From the NCBI GenBank assembly GCA_034780895.1, contig JAUZTB010000065.1:21348545-21412544 (forward strand): a stretch of 64,000 bases of DNA, read 5' to 3'. Positions 14,375 through 27,060 of the stretch are shown piece by piece. The DNA is from Rhynchobatus australiae (taxonomy: Eukaryota). A program made the position numbers and the translations under genes. Position 1 is the stretch's first letter; the number at the start of each line of letters is the position of its first letter. The notes below the pieces were generated by a model. It made no database searches. It was not told the DNA's origin and was given only the letters and a program-made list of their open reading frames with translations.

Positions 14375-14802
14375 TTCTTGGAGAAAATTTACACAAATGT
14401 TGCCAGGACTTGGGGACCTGACGTACAAGGATAGGTTGAATAGGTTAGGACTTTATTCCATGATCACAGGAGAATGAGGGGAGATCTTATAGAAGTATGC
14501 AAAATTGTGAGGGATATAGGGTGAATGCATGCAGGCTTTTTCCCCTCGGGTTGGGTGAGACTCGAACTGGAGGTCACCAACTACTTCACTGAGAGGGTGG
14601 TGCGAGTGTGGAAGAAGCTGCCAGTGGAAATGGTAGATGTGGGTTCAATTGTAACATTCAAGAGAGGTTTGGTTAGGTGCATAGATGATAGAGGTATGGA
14701 GGGTTATGAACTGGGTGCAGGTAGATGGGACTAGGCAGAAAACCAGGCCGGCATGGACTAGATGGGCCAAAGGGCCTGTTTCTGTGCTGTATGACTATGA
14801 CT
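14375..14802 (+). mobile_element. CR1/HER1 LINE 3' end
   Basis: FTQMLPGL...RLNRLGLYS...RRMRGDLIEV, then the tail GGGCCAAAGGGCCTGTTTCTGTGCTGTATGACTATGACT. Confidence 0.9.
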
Positions 14803-15657
14803 TTGTTGGTGATTTTTGTTTGACCTCTTAATTTCCTACAATGTTTTGTCGGTAGCATTGTTGTAGCCAATTAAGATTTTTGATTTGGTAATGATAAAAT
14901 GGAGTAAGTCGTCAATTAAGACATGCACAGTTCTATACTCTTGGCACTTTATGATAGAATACAGCATAATCTAAGGTAGAATATTGCTGGTAATGTCCCT
15001 TCTGTGAAAGATACTTCTGTTTTACAGAAAGGTCCCCTGCTTTGCCATCTCAAGGTTGTCATTGTGTCGAAGTGTTTCTAAATGTCTCTGCCATTCAGAA
15101 GCATTGAAAACTACTTGAAAGTTTAAAAAAAAACATTCTAAATCATTATAGAAAGTTTGAACAAACTAAATTGCCTAAAAAGCACTTGCTGTAATGGTTT
15201 TAGATATAAATAATGAAAGACTCATCTCATTCTTCCCTCCCCATTCTTCCTTGCAGATATAAACTCTCCATTTAAATGAATGGGCTGTGGACACTGTTCC
15301 ATCCAGGTGCAGAACCTAAGAGTAGTGTAAATGCTGGGGAATTTCAGCAAGTTTGTGCTCTCTTGCTGCAGAGTCCAGAAATGGGGCGAAGTGACAGACT
15401 GGCTGGCAAGAATATGTCAGTGTTTTGACTTGCAAATATCTGTTTGATATGGTGCTGGAGCCATTTACCAGCAAGTTGTGGGCCTTTGATGGAGTTTTCC
15501 ACTGCCCATAGGGCTACTAATCACTTAGTTTGCTGTTTTATCTCATTTCATCTCCAAGGTTGTGGAGAATCAAAAATGTAAAATGTACTTTAAAAATAGA
15601 GGATTTATAGATAATTAATTTGTGCATGCTTGATTTTTGCATATGATTCTTTTTCAG

Positions 15658-15708
15658 AAATCTGGTGGTGCAGGAGGAGCGAAGCCCAGAGGTAGACCTA
15701 AAAAACTG
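15658..15708 (+). CDS. HMGA1: HMGA internal coding exon, AT-hook (HMGA1-type third hook): KSGGAGGAKPRGRPKKL
   Basis: Acceptor TTCTTTTTCAG|AAA, donor CTG|GTAGGC, 51 nt, phase 0/0. Same size and ending (KPRGRPKKL) as the human HMGA1 exon KTTTTPGRKPRGRPKKL. Confidence 0.9.
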
Positions 15709-16984
15709 GTAGGCCAAAAATGTTTAATATTGTATCTAAAGCTGGGTTCAACCATGTCCATACATTGGAATTTGTGGCTTAGGGAAATTGGCAGCAGTTT
15801 CTGCTTGAGGAACAACTGTATAGTCGCATCAAATATTTTATCATACTTTACACTATTTGTTTTCCACTAGCATTATAAATACATATTATGTGATATTAAG
15901 ACTCAAATTTTATTTGGCAAACACTGAATGCAGTTAACGCAACTTTAGTGTTTTTCCTTTTTATGTCTTGTATGATATTATTTTGGTGAGATGATCTTCA
16001 GATGTTATACTTGAAAACTAATTGGCCTGTCTTGCAATTCATTGGACATTCTGAGATCTGTATTTACATTTGAGGAATGGAGCAAGCCAAGAACTAGTGT
16101 CAAACATTTGTACTCCTAAATCGCCTATGTATATAAAGGAATTCCTGTTTCCCTAAACTAACAGTTGTTTTACTTTTGGCCACAAGCATTCTGATACTGG
16201 AAATAGTACTGATATTAAAAGTACTAAAGCTCTGTAACATTACAGGACATTTCTAATATTGAACTGCCAATTGTATAATATCNNNNNNNNNNNNNNNNNN
16301 NNNNNNNNNNNNNNNNNNNNNNNNNNNNNNNNNNNNNNNNNNNNNNNNNNNNNNNNNNNNNNNNNNNNNNNNNNNNNNNNNNACAAATTAATTTTGAACT
16401 AATTCTGTTTAACTTGGTGCCTTTTTTTCTCACTTATTTTTTTGCTTTAGGTTGCCTTTTCTTTACGTAACCTCTTTCCTCGACATTTTTTCTTTTTGTT
16501 TAAGAAAATGTTTCAATTCTTTAAATATCTGTACCCACCCCCACCCCTATTTTAAACTTGCTTCTGTTAATCATTTTAAAAATAGGTGTAAACTGTCACT
16601 AAGGTGTTTTGTTGACAAATTACAAAATTAAACATATGGTTTTTAGTTGGTCTAAAATCATAAACGTGTAGGTGAAATTGTTATAATATGTACAAATTAG
16701 GTCTGTCATTCTGGTTTTATTGCAATTTTTCTCACCCTTTAAGGTGTTGACTGTTAGCTGGAAAATGGTACCTAGAGCACTAGTTTTCATTTTCCCAATT
16801 TTAAAAATTATTTTATTCGTATGAAGTTTGACAGTGACACTTTGTTATAGTGGGGATTGAGGTTTGGAATGGAACCACCTTGTCCATATCTGCTCATCCA
16901 GCAACAGTGGATAATGACTAAGAGTGGCAAACAGAACCATGATAATGATCAGATAAATTTATTTTTAGTAATATTGGTTATATT

Positions 16985-17160
16985 TGCCAATACCCTAGGA
17001 TAATTCCAGTGGACGTTTTGCATCCACCGGTTTCACATTTCATCTGAAAAATGGTACCTCCAAAAGTTCAGTTCCCCTTGAGTTTTTGCTTTGGTTTCTA
17101 CTGTGGGATTTGAACCTAACCATCTGACAAGGAGGCAAGAGTGCTGTCCACTGAGCCACA
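16985..17160 (-). mobile_element. Decayed Deu-domain SINE (SacSINE1/AmnSINE-like), 5' half
   Basis: TCATCTGAAAAATGGTACCTCC...GTGGGATTTGAACC...GGCAAGAGTGCTGTCCACTGAGCCAC is the reverse complement of a tRNA-like head (box B GGTTCAAATCCC) followed by a Deu-like domain. Related to 61930-62345. Confidence 0.6.
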
Positions 17161-17238
17161 GATTGCAACAACTACATCAACAACTATAAAAGCTAAAGCC
17201 TTATACTGCTTTAGAAAACAAATATATTAAAGACAGTA

Positions 17239-17402
17239 ACACACACAAAATGCTGGAGGAACTCAGCGGGTCAAGCAGCTTCTGTGGAGGGAAGTGGATA
17301 GTTGATAGTTTGGGCTGAGACGTCGGCCCAAACCATCGAGTGTTCATTTCCCTCCATAGATGTTGCTTGACCCGCCGAGTTCCTTCAGCATTTTGTGTGT
17401 GT
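17239..17402. repeat. Palindromic non-autonomous repeat (~165 bp inverted repeat; probably Penelope-terminus- or MITE-derived)
   Basis: Left arm ACACACAAAATGCTGGAGGAACTCAGCGGGTCAAGCAGC pairs with right arm GTTGCTTGACCCGCCGAGTTCCTTCAGCATTTTGTGTGT. The centre is GACGTC at 17319-17324. Confidence 0.85.
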
Positions 17403-17924
17403 GCGTGTGTTGCTCCAGAGTTCCAGCATCTGAAGTCTCTTGTGTCTCTATTAAAGACAATAATTTCCAAGCTATTGTTGAAGTGTTTACTGCACTCCTT
17501 GGACAAGGAAACTTTTTCCCCCATACATTTCTTCCATCTCTGTTGTCGTTTTTCATATTTTTCGTAGTATATGGCGTTCACTTGTAGATTTCAGGAAACT
17601 TTTTAACCATTCACCTTTTGTGGATGATTATTAATCCAATATTTCAGCTTTTGGGTGTTTTTTCTTTTCCTACTCGCTTCATGTTTCTAAAGATTAGTTT
17701 TACTTTGCTCTTGCATGTAATTTCTTACCTCTCATCAATAACCCTATTAATAGACAACAGATTATACATTTCCAGTATCTTGGTTAAAGCAAAAGCATTA
17801 CTTCCTCATGATGGATTATGGTCTAAGAGCAACAACATAAATAAAACAAGCCACTATCATTACAAGTTCAATTAGTGCAAAAGAAAATGGGTGAGGTAAA
17901 TGCTGAAGTATGGAAAGAAATAAA

Positions 17925-18890
17925 CATTGAAGAACGTAGAATACAGTCCTTTGGCCCATGATGTTGTGCCAAACTAACTAAATGAATGAAACCTAATTAA
18001 ATTGATCCCTTCTGCCTGCACTTGGTCCATATCCCTTTATTTTCTGCACATTCATGTGTGTAAGAACTACTTGAATGCCTCTATCGTATCTACCTCCACC
18101 ACAACCCCTGGCAGTGCATGCCAGGCACCCATCACTCTCTGCGTAATAAAAATAATCTTACCCATACATCTCCTTTTGAACTTATGCCCTCTCACCTTTA
18201 ATCGCAGGCCCTCTAGTATTAAACATTTTGACCCTGGGAGAAAGATACCAGCTGTCTACTGCATCTATGCTTCTCGTAATTTAAAGACTTCCATCAGGTC
18301 TCCCTTCAGCCTCTGCCACTCCAGAGAAAACAACCCTAGTTGGTCCAGCCTCTCCTTATAGCACATGCCTTCTAATCCAGGCAGAATCCTGGTAAACCTC
18401 TTCTGCACCCACCCTCTCCAAAGCCTCCACATCATTCCTAAAATGGGATGACCAGAATTGAATGCAATACTCCAGATGCAGCCTAACCTGAGTTTTATAA
18501 AGCTGCAGCGTAACTTCCTGAGTCTTGAATTTGGTGCCACGACCAATGAAAGCAAGCGTGCCATACGCCGCCTTTACCACCCTATCAACTCATGCGGCCA
18601 CTTTCAAGGAGCTATGGACTTGGACCACAAGATCCCTCTGTACTTCAATGTTGCTAAGGGTCCTGCTGTTAAGTATGTACTTTCTCTTTACATCTGATCT
18701 CCCAAAGTGCAACACCTCACACGGCTGGATTGAACTCCATTTGCTGCTTGTCTGCCCATATCTGCAATTAATCTATACCCTGCTGTGTCCTTTGGCAATC
18801 TTCTGCACTATCCACGGTGCCACCAATCTTTGCATCATCTGCAAACTTATTAACCCACCCATCTATGTTTTCATCCAAGTCATACTCCAC
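17925..18890 (-). mobile_element. 5'-truncated CR1/HER1 LINE
   Basis: Minus ORFs give DLDENIDGWVNKFADDAKIGG, AYGTLAFIGRG...LQLYKTQVRLHLEYCIQFWS and VQKRFTRILPGLEG. Confidence 0.92.
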
Positions 18891-21121
18891 ATGGATATTC
18901 AGTCTGTTCCTGTGGTTCTTCAATCCTGTGTAATCCATGTACAACTGCTGGCAGCCCACAAAAGCAATCACTTCCAATCTGTAAGAAGATTCTGCTTTGG
19001 CTTTTTCTTAATGTTTCATCAGAGCTCTCAACATGAGGAATTGTGGGTACTCTTGTCATCTCTTGGCGATTTACCCTTATGGTCTTCGCAATACCCAGTC
19101 TGAGTGGATTGACCATGACCCATTTGCAACTGATAGCCATTATATTTCTAGAATTACCAATAACAAATGCATTGTTCATTGACCTTACTGAAATTGTGCC
19201 TAAGTAAAACATTTATCTTTGTGTATCCTGCATATTAAGAGAATGACAAAATGATCACATGGCCTTGCCCTGGTGAACCACATTTAGTTTTTTGCTGCTG
19301 TGAAGGTGCATTCTTTTACTGGGATAGGTTTGTATACTGCATGACTGTGTGGTGGGGGTTATGGGGCAACATGAGCTTGATTTATGATCATGTCTTTATT
19401 TGACGTCCAGCCATGTTTATACACCTGATAGAAATTATTCTCTTCTTCAGACAGTATGAGCTTTGATGCCAATTGTAGCTCCCCTATCCTTTTCTATCTG
19501 AGCTACAATAACTTGGGGTTTAAACCTGGGATCTTATGGTACAGTACATTGTACATTTATCCATCATCATTGTAAGCAATGGATTATGGACATGTTTAAT
19601 ATAGGGTTTTTTTTCGTTCACCCTTTGGGTAATACTAGAGCATAACCCATTTTGTTTTCTGAGTGTTGCAAAACCTTTTGGAAGGATACAGTATGGCAAT
19701 CAGCACCCCCATTTAAAATTTCTTTTGTATTGTGCCAGGGAAAGTTTATCATGACAAAGTAGAGACTTTGAGAAGGGAAGTGGTTAGTGAGAATCTGTAA
19801 CTGCCATAACCAGGAAAATGAGGTTTTCTCCCCCTCTTTCCCTTTCCATCTGATAGATTCCATTTACAGCTTGGGATGATGAAGGGTAAAGTACACTAAT
19901 TATCAAAGAACAACTTGCTGAACTAGAGGAATGTTTTGCTCATGCCATTTGTTTTATATTGTGTATCACCCGTTCGAAAACCCTAAACCAATGTTCTACA
20001 TTGGGACAGCTGCAAAAGCCCTAACATTGTTGCTCCTAGGATTGGGAGGGGGATAATAATGCCCCATGGTCTCAGGCAGCTATAATGCATTTTTGAGATG
20101 CTGTTAATTGTACAATTGGCAGATTGATTCATTGTATTCTTGTGATGTCAGAAACTGCCCAAATGTTTGGTAAATTGAAACTTTAAAATTGTGTCTATCT
20201 GCGATATATCAGGTTAATTTACCTTCTTCTAATCGATGACCTCTAAGAAATTGCAGTCCTTTATCCCAAAGACATTGGGGAGTAAACTAAATTACTGTAG
20301 TGACTATTGTTGCAGACTCCACACACATTCCTCTAATGTGGAGATGTCTTCAACACAAAGAAGGAAATTAGCATTCGATAATCCCACTGAAGATGTTGTT
20401 GTGGCAATCCAAGAGAGAGGCAATGTTCCCCCTGTAGCTAGCATCCATAGGATAGAAAGGCATCTTCAAGAGCTCCAAGGAGAAGTCAACAGGGAATTGG
20501 TTGGGATACAAAGGCTCATTCAAGCTCTGGAGTACACCGTTAATACTGCGCAGCTCGATATCCACCAAATTATTCAAGAAACCTGAATAAGGTTGGCACT
20601 CAGAAGGAAGGTTGGGAGGTATACAGGCATGAATGGACGCAAGTCCTTCTGAAATTATTTGCAGATATGAGGCCTGTAAATCCCACCTGCTAATTTTTAA
20701 ATGACAGTACAACTTGATTTTACTGTCTGCACTTATTTATTTTGTACTCACCCCTCTTCCTACCTCATTAGAATTTATTGATACCTTAGATTGAACAAAC
20801 TACTTGTTGTATTTTTCAGTGATGAAGAGTTTTTAATTATTCCCCTCCCCTGCATACTATGCAGTTTACAGGCTCAACTGTGTCTTTTTGTTTTTCTGCC
20901 CTCTTCCAATTACTATAAAACATGGAAGTTATTGAATTTTTTATACAATCACAATTATTTGGAGCCTTCGTTGCCATGCTATCAATTAAGTGTGTTTCTC
21001 ACTGACATGTTAAAATTCTGCACCATTTTTTGAAATCCACTAGAAAAAATGAAAGTAAACTGATCAACTGACTTCCTTATCAGTGACTGAAGGGCGCACA
21101 TTTGATGCCGTTTATTCTGGT

Positions 21122-21377
21122 TATGGCCAACCCCAGTGTTACAACCATTTGGGTTTTGGAAACTTGTCCTTATGGAATTCACAAATCGCTACCCAAAAGT
21201 TTGAGATAGGGAATAAAATTCAGTATCGCAGAAGTAATATGAAAAAAAAATCAACACAAAATATATGTTTTCATCCTGTGTTTCTTGACACGTACGCAGA
21301 TGATGTGGTTTTGAGTTATAGCCTATATTTAGGAACACAACCACACCCCCTCCCCCGTAACACGGGGGTCACCTGTA
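21122..21377. mobile_element. Tc1/mariner (Tigger-like) MITE
   Basis: Left end TATGGCCAACCCCAGTGTTAC is an imperfect inverted match to right end GTAACACGGGGGTCACCTGTA. TA dinucleotides at both ends. Confidence 0.6.
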
Positions 21378-24058
21378 TTCACCATATGGACAGCATTTGA
21401 TGTGTCTTCTGCAACTCCTTCTTGAGTCTTTCTACAATGGAAGGAGAATCGTGGGGTACTGTTGGCGAATGGTCTCATTGGCTTGGTAGTCCTGTATCCT
21501 TACACATGGGATCTTCAGATAGTCTCTCACGTGTTACTGCCGTGCTCCTTGGAGACACAGGGGTTTGCAGATGCTGCACTGCTTTTCACTTTTTTTCTGT
21601 TTGTCTTCCCAAAGCTTTAGAGCTGGGGGTGGAGGGGCCATGGAGGCAGCAGTGATGGGGCAGGGAGCAGCAAAGTCTGTGGGGAATTATTCTCATACTA
21701 CGCTGAGTGTATTTAAACCAGCCAGCACAAGTCAGGAGGTTATAGGCCTCNNNNNNNNNNNNNNNNNNNNNNNNNNNNNNNNNNNNNNNNNNNNNNNNNN
21801 NNNNNNNNNNNNNNNNNNNNNNNNNNNNNNNNNNNNNNNNNNNNNNNNNNTGAAAATTTAATCAGACAGTTCTAGGCTTTATCACCTTGCGTCCTGACAT
21901 ATTTTCAGTCTTGGATGCAGGGGATGATGTCATTCTTTATGTAGTGCTCCTTTTGTTGCATTGTGAAGAACTTAAACAAAGTTGTCCCAATGCACACTGG
22001 ACTGGGACACTACCCCTAATCCCCCACCTGATGTTACTACTGACCACCTAATCCTGTCCTTTCTCTCCCTTTCCTTGCCCCAAACGTGCTTGTAATGAAA
22101 TTGGTCTTGGGGTTCTTAAATGTCTGCTGACTGTTTTTTGAAATAGGGGAAACTGAGTCAATACATTTATAGGAATATATCAGAATAAGTATGAAAGTGA
22201 CATGGAACTGAGCTAAGACCAAACTGTGATCAGTCTTCAAGAAGTTTCCTGTAGTTCAAAAATATATAATCACTATACAGTATTGAACAAATGCTCGAGT
22301 GACCCTGATGCTGCCTGACTTGAATGATAAGCTCTTAATCAGAAAATTTAAAACATGAAGGAAACAACAACAGCAGTGACAAACATATAGATTTTAAATT
22401 CTTTTATCTTCTAGTTTGATTGCTGGTCTTTGAATCCTTCTTGNNNNNNNNNNNNNNNNNNNNNNNNNNNNNNNNNNNATTCAATTATTCATTCAGGAGA
22501 TAAAGGTGCTTCACTTTCCTCGTTCCAGGACACATAGTGCTCATTTTCTAATTTGTTTTCCCTTTTTTTGGCCTGCCCAGTTTGATCTTAAATTCCCTGG
22601 ATTAGGAGGAAACGGCAGCCATCACAAGACACCGGATCATTTGTAATTGTGTCGCTATTTGCCCCTCCAGCATGGTTAAGTCTGCCTATCTGTTGCAAGC
22701 GTTCCATCACTGAAATGAATGAGAATTGTAAAATGTCAAAATTTGTTGACCAACCGAGAAATCTGAGGGCTTTTGTATCAGTGACACTGTCAAGAAAACT
22801 CTTGAGGAATATGAAGGCTTATCTACCAGAATGAAATTGGCAACTTACAAAGGGAAGTTGTGGGGAGGTATTATTACCTGAGATCAATTTGAGGGGTGAG
22901 CAATATTTAGAAATGTTGGATACTTGGCAACATCAGACTGTTAAATAAATATCTTTTGAAACTGCGTGAACATTGATGCTGCCCATTGGATTTTAAATAA
23001 TCCATATAATGGTTATAATTAAGTAAGATAATAGCTAATAACTCGGCCAACCCCTAACTTCAAAGACTATGAACTCTATTAAATCAATAGCAATTAACTT
23101 TTTAGAGACCCACATCAATTGCAAGATAGGCTTAGTGGTCAAGATGTCTGATAATTTTGTTTCATGCAGGATATACTGTCGTAATGACTGGTTTGTTATC
23201 TTAATCCTGCTGGTGACCGAAAATGATAAACCACAGAAAGCTGACTTGTGCATTGGTTTTCCTGCTTGTGGTTTTCAGTGGAACAAATTTTGTTAATCAG
23301 CTTTGATTGTTGTACCACACACATGTGGAATTAAAGGAAGTCTTGACCATTTGAGAACAAATACAATGTTTGTATTTAAAATTGGTNNNNNNNNNNNNNN
23401 NNNNNNNNNNNNNNNNNNNNNNNNNNNNNNNNNNNNNNNNNNNNNNNNNNNNNNNNNNNNNNNNNNNNNNNNNNNNNNNNNNNNNNNNNNNNNNNNNNNN
23501 NNNNNNNNNNNNNNNNNNNNNNNNNNNNNNNNNNNNNNNNNNNNNNNAATTCACTGACTCTTCTAACCTCCTTAATGCCCACATTCTTGTTACTTCATTT
23601 TCTGTATTAACTTTTTTCCATGATATTTGTTTTTATTTGTCAGATTATTTTTGTCTGCTATATATCATTTAACTTTCTATTCTGGCAAATATATTTTAAT
23701 GAATGTTTATAATTCAGAAGTAAAATGATTTATTAAGTTTACAGTAAGTCCAGTAAAACTGCTGCCTGTGTGTGTGGAAAGGGCAATTATGTCTTTTATT
23801 CTTTTCTGCACATTTGCCAAAAGTGAACATATGAAGTGACATTATAGTTGTGCGAGTGGTTGTTGAAACTCTTTCCTAATATGGGACTCATTTTTATTCT
23901 GACCAAAGCCTTCCTGAAAAATTTGACTTCAGATTTGAAAGATAAACCTTTGTGAAAATTCTGTTTCTCACACCAGCTGAAATAAAAACACATGGCTGGT
24001 GTAGAGTTATGGACTTGTTTAGGACGAGGATTGGCTTGTGTAAACTGAAATTCTTGTA

Positions 24059-24279
24059 CAGGTCCTCCCCAGGTTATGAGCACCGGACTTGCGTACAGCC
24101 CATATGTACAAACAGGTGTTTGGGAGACTGGCAGGATGGATTTGCTGCCTGCTGCGGGGCTGCAGGCACCTTCTGTCGTGTGGGAACTCAGTTTGCAGCA
24201 ATACTGAATGGCTGAGTTAAATGCTCTGGTTGCAAACAGTTCTCAGAGATGAAACCCTGTCACAACCTGGGAGGACCTG
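24059..24279. mobile_element. Tc1/mariner (Tigger-like) MITE, 221 bp
   Basis: TA|CAGGTCCTCCCCAGGTT ... AACCTGGGAGGACCTG|TA: terminal inverted repeats with a TA target-site duplication. Confidence 0.85.
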
Positions 24280-24629
24280 TACCTAGCAGAAAGAGTATTT
24301 TATTCCTATTATTCTAGGCTGGATTCATTCTCCACAAAATATTGAATTAACAACACCAGCAGTCTGCCAGCCCCTCGCACCACACTACATTGACAGTGAG
24401 TATTAACATCTTTGCTAAACATCCAAAGAACATCTTTGCTAAACCCAACACCACATGTGAAAGTAAATATTCTCCAAGAAGAATCAATTGATAACAACCA
24501 GAAATGGAAGACCTTGCGGATTATTTTTCTTTCTCCTAGAGGATTAAAATCAACAAAGGCACTTCAGTAGCTTGCATAGCTTAGAATGAAAACTGAATAT
24601 GGGCCATTCAATTTCTCCATGTTTTACCA

Positions 24630-25055
24630 CAGAATGTTGCCTGGATTTGGAGTTTATTAGCTATAAGGACAGGTTGAATGAACTTGGATGGTTTTCTTTG
24701 GTGTGTTGGAGGCTAAGGGGTGACGTGAGAGACCTGTGTAAGATTATGAGAGGCATAGATAGTCGGAGTCTTTTTCCCATTATGGAAATGTCCAATATTA
24801 GAAGGCATAGATTTCAGGTGGGGGGAGCAAAGTTTAAAGATGTGTAAGCTTTTTTGACGTGCCTAGAACACGGTGCTAGGAGGAGGTGGTAGATTGCAAT
24901 GTTTACGAGGCATTTGGACAGACGTGAATGGGCTGGGAGCAGAGGGATGTGGGCCATATGCTGGCAGATGGGATTAGTTAGATTGACATCATAGTTGGTG
25001 CAGACGTGGTGGGCCGAAGGGCCTGTTCCCTTGCTATACTGTTCTATGTTCTAAG
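24630..25055 (+). mobile_element. CR1/HER1 LINE 3' end
   Basis: ISYKDRLNELGWFSL...RLRGD...KIMRGID, then the tail GGGCCGAAGGGCCTGTTCCCTTGCTATACTGTTCTATGTTCTA. Confidence 0.88.
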
Positions 25056-26276
25056 GTGCATAATTGGATTATTTGTTCATTGATATCCAAGCAGACAATT
25101 GTGGGAATGGTGATTTTTTTTAAGGGTTTATAATCTAAGAACAGTACTAAGACAGGATACTAAATACTTGCTAAAAATTTCATGTACATAGTTTACTGAA
25201 ATTTGCTGTAAATAGTAGAATTCTAGCTCTAACCTTATTTTACATGTACTTCTTGTATATTTCAGGAAGAATTTTAGTCTACTGTCTTTCTCATCACTGT
25301 TTTAGATTCCTTTTGTTTTAGCTTTAGTCTAGACCCAGCACTGATGAAATCTTAAGATCCTGTGTTATTGCCATTGTATTTTGTCCTTCCTTATTTCCTT
25401 CGGAGTTATAACAATACAGTAGAAGGCCACTTGGCCCATCAACCCCATGCTGGCTCCAAAGAGAACAATCCTATTCGTCCTATTTCCCACTTCCTTATTN
25501 NNNNNNNNNNNNNNNNNNNNNNNNNNNNNNNNNNNNNNNNNNNNNNNNNNNNNNNNNNNNNNNNNNNNNNNNNNNNNNNNNNNNNNNNNNNNNNNNNNNT
25601 ATATATGCTCATCTCTGCTTGAATACTTTCAATACCTCCACTTCCACAGCTCTCTGGGGTAGAAAATTCCAAAAAATCAGGTCTGATTCTTTCAAGGTTG
25701 TTTTTTCTTCACTGCTGACCCAAAAATTTGGGCTATTACCAGCTCCATCCTTATTTTCCCATGCTGACTTTGAAATTCTCATACATCTCTTTTGTCACTG
25801 GAGGACTGGCATTGTCAACATACGTAGCCACTTTTACATTCAGCAGCCTCTATTTCCTCCCTTTCTAAATATTCTAATTTAAAGTCTTTGTTTAGAAATG
25901 TTTTCACAGCCTTGCTACATTCTGCATCCTCCTACAATACTGTTTTCAAACTTACATTCTCTATTCTACTATTCATTTACTGCTGCTCTGGTAACAGTGC
26001 CTTCAAGCATTACATGTTTTACATCAGAATCAATTTCGTAAACCACCGCCCCCATCTTTTCCCCATTTTCAAACCCTTCCAAGGACACAGCCATTAGTTT
26101 CTATCTTTGGACATCCATATTTATTACCTGGTTTGTGAAACATTTTTGCTGCATTNNNNNNNNNNNNNNNNNNNNNNNNNNNNNNNNNNNNNNNNNNNNN
26201 NNNNNNNNNNNNNNNNNNNNNNNNNNNNNNNNNNNNNNNNNNNNNNNNNNNNNNNNTATTTTCCATGGAATTCCAG

Positions 26277-26327
26277 AAAGCTGAAACCACAGGAGCAAAA
26301 AAGCCCAGAGGTAGACCAAGAAAAAGG
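26277..26327 (+). CDS. HMGA1: Second HMGA AT-hook exon (HMGA2-exon-3-like): KAETTGAKKPRGRPRKR
   Basis: Acceptor TTCCAG|AAA, donor AGG|GTAAGG, 51 nt, phase 0/0, open frame. Closely resembles human HMGA2 exon 3, KAEATGEKRPRGRPRKW. Not in the ORF track in this frame. The gene symbol is provisional. Confidence 0.85.
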
Positions 26328-27060
26328 GTAAGGATTTTGTTTTAATGCAGGAGCATTTCTACACTAACAGCATCTTCTTGTCTGTTTTTAAAAAAAAAAC
26401 ATTGTTTTAACTCACTTGGGTACTGTTGTTTTCTTAAAGGCATGTAAGTTTATACTACACCTTCAAAAGTTTAATTTTCCATTGCATGTAGAATAATTCT
26501 TAATACAATGGCACCTGTCATGTAAGGGATGATTTGTTTAGGTATGAAGTTATTTATTACATGTTATGTCATGTCTGCTCTACTTATCACATACCTGCCA
26601 CTTAAGGAAAAAGTGAAAGCAGCTGTGAGATTAACTGAATGGTTAGTTTGATTTAACACAGTCAGGTACTACCACTGGCTAGCAATGAATTGAAGTCAAC
26701 TAAGTTTGTTTAATACTTCTGGCTCATCCTGTTTTCATTTTAGCTACTAATTAACTTGACTTTACTTTATCTTAAAAGTTCCTTTGCTTTCTGGATATGT
26801 TGATTGCTTTTTGCGCAAAGGAATCATTACATGGAACATTTGGTTCCATTTTGGGTATCATGAGTGTCACTTCTGTTCAAAAATGGCATACAAATATGTA
26901 TGCATATACAAAGAGGAATACACAATGGGCAGGATTGTGCTGAGGGTTAAGATAGTAAGACTTACATATTTGCAATTTCTGCAACTTGTAATTCATAAGA
27001 AAAATATGGGATAAGGGTTAAGTGGGATGGGAGGAGAAGATTTATCAATGACAATTCCAC

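Noticed and set aside
15222-15262. Strong-looking splice acceptor upstream of exon A
   Set aside because: Followed at once by ATA TAA in the HMGA phase, with no HMGA-like coding sequence and no support for a real exon.
1-15657. Expected HMGA hook-1 and hook-2 exons (RGRGRPRK; PRGRPKGSKNK)
   Set aside because: Not found on reading. They presumably lie upstream of the window or in a gap.
20236-20586. Coiled-coil ORF as an alternative terminal exon fused to the HMGA hooks
   Set aside because: The nearby acceptors (AG at 20299-20300 and 20314-20315) enter the ORF out of frame with the phase-0 HMGA exons.
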